Shown: piece by piece, positions 22,770-33,559 of the stretch | Layout of the letters: each line of letters starts with the position of its first letter | How positions within the stretch are numbered: the first letter of the stretch is position 1 | Source: Mesotaenium endlicherianum | Lineage: Eukaryota | Assembly: GCA_009602735.1 (NCBI GenBank) | Contig: WELA01003606.1 | Coordinates: 655,602-719,601, forward strand | Reading direction: 5' to 3' | Length of the DNA stretch: 64,000 nt | Position numbers and translations under genes: made by a program | Notes under the pieces: model-generated | The model's database searches: none | The model's input: only the letters and a program-made list of their open reading frames with translations | Told to the model about the DNA's origin: nothing

Positions 22770-25725
22770 TGTTGTGACTGAGACTTTTGGAGGACACTAG
22801 GCATTGGCAGGGCAAGGAAGGACGGGACTTACAGGGGAAATACCCTTGGAATAGGCAAGGACTGACTTATCTAAGTGCTGGTGGGTAAAAATCTCCCCTA
22901 GCAGGAGAAAAGTCCACAGCTTATGAGCTGTAAATATGAAAAATGATACCAAAGGTTTGGGCACAAATGGACATTACTAGGGCAACTAAATTCGCAAAGA
23001 ATCAAGTGAAAAGTGACCTATGAAACACCCTCCCCCGGCTGAGGGCGAGGGGGCAAGAGCGCAACTGAATGTGGAGGCTCCAAAATGCAATCGTCGGGGA
23101 CGATGAACAAGAGGACGGCCTCGAGCAAGCCAGGGAAATAAAACCCTGGAGGAACATACTCCAAGTGGTACACATGGCATTTGGAAACGGGATAGGAATC
23201 TATGACGGTGCGGAGGTGGGGCAAAACGGCCGACTGACGACCTATAGCGGCGGGCCACTTGGTGGGAATACGCGCGTCCACCAGGAAACTCCCGCAGAGT
23301 GCATCAGCGATGGAAGCCGTGAGCGTCGGGGGCGGGAGACTCCGCGAATCTGCGAGCAGAAATTGTTCCCACCACGGAAGGGTAGGGGGATCAGCAACGG
23401 CGAGGGAGCTAGCATAAAAAAATAACGCGGAGTGTACGAGAAGGGAAGGACGTAGTGAGAGGGTCCTACGCAGCAGGAAGAGTAAAACCAGTCTCTTCCA
23501 GGAAAGCGACTTAGAGGAGTGAGACATGCAAGGTGCCACCTAGAATCGCAAGCGTTTCACAATAGCATAGATACGACGGCGGGAAGATCCACTTAGTGTG
23601 GTGCACTCTGACACTGGTTTGGGCCCGAACGCCCAAAAACGCCCCAGAACTGGATCTCCACTCATCTCTGCCCAAGGCGTAGACGGATATTTTCTCCACT
23701 AACTTAGGCAAAGGCGGAGAAAATGACATCCCTGCCACATGCGGAGATGGTATTTCTACGCTCAATGGCGAATATTGTGTCTCTGAACAGATTTTCTCCT
23801 TTGCCAAAACTGTCGAAAAATGGCTAAGTATGGAAAGCCAATTTGAAAATGGTCACTCTCCGAAAATGGTCATGGAAATTGACCACTTTGTTGTGATTGG
23901 TTAGTGCAATTGGCCAAGTGTGCCAATAACGTTATTGTGCACTAATAAGTTAAGAAAAATGAAGAGGTTGACTCTTCATTTTAGTTTGTTTGAGTTTCAG
24001 TCGTGTGGTGGCGGGAGTGACCCTTATGTGCCCGGCCCCTGTTGCTTGGTTGTTTTTGTTTGGGGAGTGGGCGAGAGTGTGCCAGAATGTGCAATTTCGC
24101 TCAAGCTCGCGTCAGATTAAAAAAGACTCTGATTGGCCCTTGCCTTTACGAGGAGCCCAAGTCGTCAAGTGGCGGGGGTTATTTTGACAAGCACGTACCT
24201 CCTTGACTTCCCCTTGCCCCCCCGCTTGTGTCTTATTGGTCAAAAAAACATATAGGGTACACCTGCGGGCGCCGAGAGCGAAACACAACGTTATTTTCAC
24301 GAAAGATCGCGTAATCCGCGTCATCCGAGATCATGTCACCCGCTAGATAACACCTCCCAAATAACACTTCCCAGGTAACTTAAGGAATTTGGGGGGCACC
24401 GCAATACTAATCTTTGTCTCTTACCCTCCATCTCGCATAGGGGGATGGCCGTCACTGGCCCGTGCCTCGTGTAATAACCAATCACATGCACGTTTTTAAC
24501 CCATACAAAAATATCCCATCCGGCCAGTCTGCCGAATATGATTCCACCCGAAATTTCAGGTTGGGTTTTTCTTCAGTCCCAAATCTCCAAAGTGACTCAG
24601 GGATCCGATGGGCTCAAAGCCAAACAGGCTAAGCCCCCGTCGAGTTCAAGCCCGTTGGAGTTAGGCCCGGACGGCCTTGACAGCCTACGGGCTGTCAGCC
24701 CTTTTGGGCTGACTGCCCACGTGGTCGTCAATCTCCTTGGTGTTGGCGGACCACAAGTAGGCGCACACGCTTTGCAGATTGGGGTTCAATTGACCACGTG
24801 GTATCCAGATTTTTTTTGTTGAGCTAGAGAATCCGATGAGACCTTTCACGTGCACCATGACTGGCGCTAGTTGACTTTTTAACAATGCAAATCGGAGATT
24901 CTGCTGGCGACACTTTCAGAAGGAGCAAAACCGGTCGGCACAGGTTGACATTTGGCGTTTTGTGCACTTAATTACTGTGATCTGATTGGCCAGTGAATAT
25001 GTAATTGCATGTAACTCCGCTTGCAAGCGGAGAATTAGACGGAGAATTTGTGTTTCTGAGCCGGAAAGTGGCGGAGTGAGGCCGAGGAATGCCTATCTCC
25101 GCCTCCAACCCTCCGCTCAAATGTGGCGGACAATTGGTCTTGTCCGCCTTGAATTGGACTTGACGAAAATGAATTTTTGTGTTAGACCCGTCTCAGAGTG
25201 TGCTCGATCATGACTAAGACGTAACGTATACTACGCTTAGGGAGGGGAAAAGGACCGGCAAGGTCAAGAGACCATTGGTAGAATAGACCGCGCAAAGGAA
25301 GGGGGTTGAGAACAGATGGAAGAGCGTTGAAGGTGTTCTTAACTCGATCACACGACTTGCATGACCGGACAAAAGCAACAACTTGTTAGATTAAATCTTC
25401 CCACAAGTACATGGTTTGTAAAAGACTGCTAGTACGCTGCTTAACACAAAAATGCCCAGATTTCTCATGAACCTTGCGGATCAAGGGAACAAGCTCAACG
25501 AGAGGAGGCACAATCCTGATGTGGTAGGGAAAGATACGTAGCAGCGTACCCTTATGCCAGTGATAACGAACACACCGGTGGAGGATATGATCACGCTCAC
25601 AACGCAAGGGAGGGACAAACCTAGCACAAATACACAGATATCCAAGGTAGTGTGAATTAGACCAGATATCAGACGTAACGCGAGACCCATTTGATGCAGA
25701 CCCGACAGCATACACAGAGGGGAGG
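22770..25725 (-). mobile_element. Element E relic: integrase Zn-finger/core start, PHD finger, C-terminal region, PPT, 258-bp 3' LTR; split by a DNA transposon
   Basis: 25201-25725: HEKSGHF...CKSCDR...DLAGPF...RYVLVMIEH; resumes at 23603 as HTKWI; PHD ~23470-23570; PPT 23028-23036; LTR 22770-23027. Confidence 0.8.
23604..25200. mobile_element. Non-autonomous CACTA/CMC-like DNA transposon (1597 bp)
   Basis: TIRs CACTCTGACACTGGTTT / CACTCTGAGACGGGTCT, 2-bp TSD TG, subterminal (G)GCGGAG repeats; removal restores the host integrase frame. Confidence 0.82.
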
Positions 25726-28700
25726 TGAAAGGGGCAGAGTGCCCTAGTGGAAGCGTAGTAACTCACGAGGAAAGGAACTAGTTGCAATCATACTAGAGAG
25801 TGCAGCGGCATATCACTAACAAAGCTTAAAAAAAAAATTCAACATTTTGAGTAGCAAGAAACTGCTCAAAAATGAACTAGGATGAAAGGCCTTGTCATCA
25901 CAGACCCGAAGAAATTTACAGAAGTGAAAACTGATAAGAAACAAAGAAGTTATGCCTATTTATAATTTTCTGCCTAAATGCTCCTCTCTAGGAGGAAGCT
26001 ACAAATTTTCCTAAGTGTTCGTCAAATCGTCCCTTCCAGAATATTCGTGAGTAAGCCAGATCAGTCTAATCTGACGTGTCGGGCCGAATTGACGTCCACA
26101 TACATGCATCGACATTATTAGAATATTCTATCTTAGACGCGCTAGGCTAAATCGAAACTTCTAGGTAAATCGACCTAGTCGGCACTCCGCGTCAGCCGAA
26201 CTTACGTGAAGGTTCGAGTTCATTCTAACGGGCCAGATCGCTCGACGCTGTCGGTCAAGCCGACGGTCGCGCTCACCGCGAATTAAGGACAGTCGTCAAC
26301 CGACCTTAAAATTGATTAAACTTCAGAAATCCGTAACTCTCTCAATACTTAATCAAATTTGATGGACTTCATATCAAAATGACCACAAAAATGCACTCTA
26401 CACTACTATACAATCAAAACATACTTTCATGAAACTCAAAAATGCACTTTATAAACCTATGACCTTACATCATCCCCCTCCTCAAGATGCGACGTCCTCG
26501 ACGTATTCTGCAGATAACGTCTCAACTTACTCTTACAATGAGTCAAGTTGGCCTCTGGCTCCCAAGTGTTGTCGTCCGTATGGTAGCCTTTCCACTTGAC
26601 CAGATACTCTTGAACAAGTCGTTGACCTCGCTCGACTCGTCGATCGCCGACAATTGCCTCCACTTCATACTCCAATACATCATCGATCTCAACTGGTGGT
26701 GGCGGTGTAGATAGTCGTCCTGGATGTCCTTCATTTGGGTCAACGTATGGCCGCAAACAACTGACATGGAACACATCATGGATACGCCAGCTTGAAGGAA
26801 GTTCCAACTTGTAGGTCACTGGATTGACCTGCTTGAGCACCACAAAGGGACCTGTAAACCGTGCTCGCAGTTTCCTCTTGCCCGTGAAAGGTAGATTCTC
26901 TGTTGACAAGAGTACTTTGTCGCTCACATGGAATGTCACTTCCCATCTGTGCTTGTTAGCATGCTTGCCCTGTTCCTCCTGTGCCTTCCGAATACACGTC
27001 TTCGCCATATCCCACGTGTTGGCCATCTGCCCCATAAAAGCTTGTGTAGTAGGAACCTGAGTCACCTTGGCCTTCTCCAACAAGATGTTCCCTGGATGAT
27101 ATACTTCTCGTCCATAAACCATAGCAAATGGTGACTGCTTGGTGGATCCCTGCATGCTGTTATTGTAGGCAATCTCCAATCCTAGCAACTTCTTGTCCCA
27201 CTCTGAAGTGTCTTCCACAGTGAAACTCCTGAGCACCTCTTGCAGAGTTCTGTTGAGCCTCTCACTCTACCCGTTTGTTTGAGGGTGGTAGGAAGTGCTC
27301 ATACTCAGCTTGGTCCCCATCAAAGTAAACAATGACCGCCAGAAGTTGCTAGTAAACCTTGAATCCCGATCTGAAACAATCACCTTCGGCAACCCATGTA
27401 GCCTAAAAATATGATGAAAGAATAGCCGTGCCACATCTGCTGCCGTACAAGTCTCCTTCATGGGAATGAAGTGAGCCATCTTGCTGAGCCTATCAGATCC
27501 AACCCAAACTGCATCGTGGCCTTGACCACTCACTGGTAACGACGTGATGAAGTCCATAGCAATCTGCTCCCAAGGATACTCTGGAATAGGCAGGGGCTGC
27601 AATGTACCTCCCTTCTTTTGATTTGGTGCCTTGTTTCTCTGGCACGCATCGCAACTCCTGATCCACTCCTCGATGTCCTTGTCCATATTTCTCCAATAGT
27701 ACTCTCGCTTTAGCACGCGTGCCGTCTTCTCGCTTCCGAAGTGTCCAGCATATAAGCAATCATGATGCTCCGCAAGTAGTAAGTCTCGTAGCTCCTTGAT
27801 GTCAGGTACCACCACTCTCTTGGAATCACCATAATACCATATGCCGTCCTTCTTCTGCATACTCGAGTTGGTCTCAGCTGCTCCACCATCAGCAAACTCT
27901 GGGTCCTCCTCATAACCTCTTTGAAGCTTCTCCTTGAAGTCCATACTCTCCTTGATGACCGAGACAGCTGCAAGGTCACACCTTCTGGATAAAGCATTTG
28001 CAGGGTTGATCTTCCATGGTAAATACTCAATCTTGTGGTCAAACTGTTGCAGAAACTCCATCCACCTAACCTGTCTTGGTGTCAATGTTGGCTGCGTCAT
28101 AAACTTCTCCAAGCTCTTGTGGTCGGTCTTGACGAACACCTTCCGGCCGTCCACATAACATCGCCAAATCCTCAAAGCCTGGATAATAGCCAACATCTCC
28201 CGCTCGTGTGCTGCATAATTCTGCTCAGCAGGACTCAACTTCCTGCTCTCATATGCCAGGTTGTAATCCCTTGCCTTGGTCCTGGAGAAGAATGGCTCCC
28301 ACTGCAAAATATGATGCGTCCGTGATGATGGTGAAAGGAAGCTCTGGACTGGCGATTGCCAACTCAGGTGCCTGTGTCAATAACTCCTTAATCTTCTCAA
28401 ATGCTTGCTGCTCCTTGTCACCCCATAGCCACTTCTCCTGCTTCTTCAACATGTCCGTGAGCGGTGCACACACCATGGCAAATCCTTCAATGAAGCGTCG
28501 GTAATAATTCGCCATGCGGAGGAAAGTCCTGAGTTGATGAATATCAGCAGGTACCGGCCAATCTCTGACTGCTTGCACCTTCTTCTGCTCCACCTTGACT
28601 CCTTCAGCTCCCACTATATGTCCAAGAAATTTGACTTCATTGAGACAGAAGTCGCACTTGCTCATCTTCCCATACAGCTTCTGATCTCTCAAGACCTCCA

Positions 28701-31680
28701 ACACCTTCCTCAGATGCTCCACATGCTCTTCCAAGGTCTTCAAATAGATCAGGATGTTGTCCAAAAATACCACCACAAACTGGTCCAAATAGGGTCTGAA
28801 GATACTATTCATGAGTCCCATAAATGTAGCAGGTGCATTAGTCAATCCAAAAGGCATGACTGTGAACTCGAATAAACCATAACGAGTCCTGAAAGCAGTT
28901 TTCAGAACGTCTCCTTCCGCAATTCGTACCTGGTGATAGCCACTCCTCAAATCGATCTTCGCCTCGACAAGCCTGTCAATCAACTCGTCCACTCGTGGAA
29001 GTGGGTACCTGTTCTTGATGGTGACCTTGTTGAGATCCCGATAGTCGACGCACATCCTCATGGTCCCATTCTTCTCCTTCACAAATAAGACTGGCGCTGT
29101 AAATGAAGACTCGCTGGGTCGAATGAACCCCTTCTCCAACAACTCTTGGGCAGGCATCTCAGCAGGCTTTTTTGCTTGAGCAGTTGGGCTCTGCTCGTTC
29201 TGAGCAAGGGGATCAGACACCACTACTTGCTCCTCCGGCGATGTACATTCGCCCAGGCTGTTAGGACTCACGCTTGCTCCATCTGATGACCTGGCCAGGG
29301 CCACCAAAACAAGGTACATCTCCTTCACCTGATTCGCCCTGCATAGCTTCTTAACTTGCAGGCTCGACAGAAGACAGTTACTTGTGGTCGTATCTACCTC
29401 CTCCTGTTTCGGTGTCTCCATTCGACCATCACGCCCTTGGAATTTCACTTGTCCTGTGCTCCAGTGCACTTGAGGGTTGGCTTTTCTCAGCCATGGTCGG
29501 CCCAATATCACTTCATGGTGACCTAACTCTGCCTGCTCCATAACTTCAGTACTCTGGTGCCCCGCTACTTCCACGTGAATAGCTTTCGTAGGTGCACCAC
29601 ACTTGAGTTTCTGCCCATTCGCCAAAATTGCCTCCTTAGGCTCATAATGCTTCTGCACAGGGATTCGCCACTCTTTCACCAGCTTCTTGTGCACAAAATT
29701 TGCACTTGCGCCACTGTCGACCATACACTTTGCCTTGTTGCCGTCGACCACTCCTTCCACGATGATAGGCTTGTCAACATCTCGTCCTTCGCTTCTCGGC
29801 AGGCTCCTGGGGATAACCTCCTTGTGAGTTCTCGTCTTCACGCCAGTAGACACCCCAGAACAACTTACTAGCATCCTCCTTTTTCCTGCTGTTGAGGTTG
29901 TTTTGTCTTCACGTAACAGTCTCGAGCCAGATGTCCAAGCTTGCCACATTTATAGCAGGGTCCTTTCGGCTTGAGATTTTGCTGCCTGCGCTGGTACTGC
30001 ACAAGTCCCTACTCCATAGGTATTGGACCTTGTCCACTCGTGCTTGGCGCTTGAGATCCAAAGTCTCGATATCCTCCAAAGTTGTGGCTGCCCCACTGTC
30101 TCTGACTATACTCCACAGCGTCGACCCTTGTTGCCAATGCCATCATTTCTCCAAGACTGGTAGGGTCCTTGAGCGCCACTTCCTTGGCCACAGTTGGCTT
30201 GAGTCCCCTCTTCAACTTGTCCATCATCTCCGACTTGTGCACGGATGGAGATTGAAGCACCAGCTCGTTGAAGCGCGATACATTCTCTTGAACTCTTGCT
30301 CGTTGACGAAGGCGCACCAATAGATCTTGAGCAGTAGTCTCGGGTGCAATAGGTTGAAATTGCCTCTTCAAGCCTTCAAATAGCAGATCCACAGTGGCAG
30401 GAACTCCAGACAGGTTCCTGTCGCTCATACCAAGCTCCATCATTCTTCTTCAACGATAATCACAAAGGCGAGTTGCCTGTCGAGCGTGAGCGCAGAATAG
30501 TCCATAAGCTTCTTCACTCCAAAAGTCCATTGATGAATAGGCCGCGATCCACGCTCTCCAGTATACACTTGAGGCTTAGGCGCACGCACTCTCGATGCGG
30601 GTGGAATAACTGGTTGCACCACTGAGTTAACATGAATTGGTGGTACCACAGGTGCAGGTGCCGAGCTTGTCGAAGCGGCGTTCCCAACAACAACTCGCAC
30701 CATTCTCTCCACCTCCGCGTGCACATTTGTTGAAATTGGGCGTAGACTTCTCCTCCAATTGCATTTGCCATTTGCCTTAGCATCGCCTGCATTCCTTGCT
30801 GCTCTCTGGTCATATTTGGTGCTGCCAACTGCCCTGGGCGCTCAACATGCTCGACATGTTCGCCTCCTCCAGCTGCCGGCTTCGACTCCACAATATAATA
30901 TGCAAACCAGCCCAACTTTGATACCAGATGCAACCGGCAGAGTGCCCTAGTGGAAGCGTAGTAACTCACGAGGAAAGGAACTAGTTGCAATCATACTAAA
31001 GAGAGCAGCGGCATATCATTAAGAAAGCTTAGGAAAAATACTCAACATCTTGAGTAGCAAGAAACTCCTCACAAATGATGTAGGATGAAAGGCCTTGTCA
31101 TTACAAACCCGTAGAAATTTACAGAAGTGAAAATTGATAAGAAATGAAGTAATTATGCCTATTTATAGTTTTCTGACCTAAGTCCTCCTCTCTATACGGG
31201 AGGGCCGCTTAACAACGGATTTTCCTAAGTGTTTGTCAAATCGTTCCCTTCCAGAATATTTGTGAGTAGGCCAGATCAGTCTCATCTGACGTGTCGGGTC
31301 GATTTGACGTCCACATGCATGCATCAAAATATCTAGAATATACTAATTTAGACGCGCTAGGCTAATCTGAAACTTTTAGGTAAATCGGTCTGGTCGGCAA
31401 TTCGCGTTAGCCAAATTTTCGTGAAGGTTTGAATTTACTCTAACGGCCCAGATCGCTCGACGCTGTCGGTCAATCCAACGGTCGCTTACCGCAAATTAAG
31501 GACAGTCGTCAACCGACCTCAAATTAATTAAACTTTGGAAATCCATAACTCTCTCAATACCTAACCAAATTCAAAGAACTTTATATCAAAAAGATCACAA
31601 AAATGCCCTCTACACTTGTATACAATCAAAACCTTTTTTTTGAGACTCAAAAATGCACTTTATTAACCTATGACCTTACA
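25726..31680 (-). mobile_element. Element B2: near-complete but decayed chromovirus, probably recombinant
   Basis: 5' LTR 30929-31680, PBS ~30915-30926, gag/CCHC, PR VDSGA, RT, RNase H ITDAS, INT, chromodomain 26457-27236, PPT, 3' LTR 25726-26469; flanks GGAGG vs TGTTT give no TSD. Confidence 0.92.
26457..30890 (-). pseudogene. B2 gag-pol with chromodomain
   Basis: ORFs 30514-30990, 30440-30724, 30009-30443, 28249-29949, 27267-28307 and 26457-27236; RT active site degenerated to FLDN. Confidence 0.92.
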
Positions 31681-33190
31681 TGTTTCCTCCTGCACAGTCT
31701 GAAACTGAATGGAGGCGGCCTTCTCTTGGGCAGCCCTCAAACTGACAGGTACATATATCGACATCCCAGAAGGATGTTGCATGACATGAGCTAAGGGCAC
31801 ATGCCCTCTCTGCGAGGGAGATGCTGGCAGGCCTCTAGTTATTTCTCTAGCAGCCCTTCTGTCTGCCCTGTCTGACTAGGTCTCCGCGCCTGCAGATGGA
31901 CTTTGTCCTCTGGCAATTCCCAGCCAAGTGATATCTTCCTCTTTAGCGAGCTGATGCGGGGCCAACCCAGTCTTCTCCCTCACAGGGGAGGTGGCGAGTG
32001 TCAGGATCACGGCGGGGCTCGTGTCCTCCTCCTTGCCTTCCTCTTCTTCTTCCTCTGACCCCTCCTCCTCTCCTTCCTCTGGTTCCTCTGAGACTGCTGT
32101 GGTCTCTTTCATGAGCTGCTCCAACTCTTCCCGAGAAAAAGAATATCCCACTGACCTTCCCTTTTTGGGTGCTAGTGGAGGCTGTTGAGTCCTGACCGCA
32201 TACAGGTCTTTCTCTCCCTGCTTGCTTGCCCATTTGGCATAAGCGTGCTTCCCTTTGGAAAATGACTTTCGGGCCCTGCTCCTGTCCTCCTGCATTTCTT
32301 GACTCATGCAGTCTCTTACTCCATCCAGTCTTAGGTCCCAAGCTGCAATATGAGGAGGCAACATTATGTTCCCCTATGAGTCTCTTAGAAAATCTTCCTC
32401 CCTTGCCTTGTCATTTTGTTGGTCCCTCATGTTGATGGTCATCTACCGCCAATCGGTGGGCTTGTGGAAGAAGGCAGGGTCTGTTCTTTTCAGTGTACAA
32501 AGGTGCCAGTGCCCTGCAAAGTCCAGCTAACTGGTTTCCCTTGCCAAGAATTCCCACCTCCTTCTCTCCACCTCATTATATATGGCCTTGAACCTGTTAT
32601 GGGATGTAGAGTCCTTAAAGCTGTCCGCGTCCATAGAGATCATCCTGATGACCCTATCTTTCCCCCAGATACCCGTAATTGATACAACTCCTGCTTCATT
32701 TGCCTGGGCCATTACCTTGGCCTCTCTAACCGTATATCCTACCATCTTGGCGTAATCGTGGTAGAGGAGGAATCCTTTGCTGACCTCTCCCCTTCCCTCT
32801 GTGCTGCTGTGCCTCAATGCGACTTCTTTGGGCATACTTGAAGGCCTCCTCCAGTAGATCAAAGCTCTTGCCCAGCACTGTGTAGCGGTAGCTGCTGCTT
32901 CTCTTTTGTTCTTCTTCCGCCTGCTGCCTCCACCTCTCCTCAGCTTGCCTCTCCTCTTCTGCCTTCTTGGCTTCCTCCGTAGCTTTTCTGTCCAGTTCTT
33001 CCTGCCTCAGCCTGGCCTGTTCCTCCTCCTCCTTCTTCTTTTGTGCCTCCCGTTGTTGTTGGAGTCGTTGTGATTCCTGAGCGAAGATGGAGGATGATTC
33101 GATGTCGCCACGGAATTGCAAGTATTTTGCTTGTGCCTCTTCCCCTCTTCTCTTCCTCTTAAGTTCCGACTTCTGAGTCATCCTGCTCAT
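31681..33190 (-). pseudogene. Family A additional 3' ORF of unknown function (copy 2, ~500 aa when frameshifts are bridged)
   Basis: ORFs 32726-33190, 32527-32862 and 31876-32364; KRKRR basic motif, Q/E/K/R coiled-coil-like N-term, conserved core, acidic tract. Confidence 0.8.
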
Positions 33191-33559
33191 TCATAAACAC
33201 AATGCAGTTGGTGAAGTCATGATACGATGCCGCTATTGAGTACCCTTGTGGAGAAGAACGTGGTAGGGAGAGTTCCAAGTGTGTAATACCTTGTGTGAGT
33301 GAGTATAAAAGGAGACTGGAGTCAGAGAGAAAAAGTGAGTGTGTGCGCAGGTTGAGTGTGTAGAATAATTATATAAAAAGGTGTCTGGCTAATCTTGAGA
33401 CGAAACACACTCCCTCCAACTTGATTGTAAGGTGGGCTGCCTGTCACTAACTGTCACTAACTGTTACGTTCCCCTCCAACTTATATGGGAACAGGACCTC
33501 CAGTCACCTTTCCATGTCTACAGAAATGACGGTTAGGGAGGTGCCCAGCCGCCCGAAGG

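Noticed and set aside
31681..33190. env-like gene
   Set aside because: No signal peptide or hydrophobic transmembrane stretch visible; highly charged
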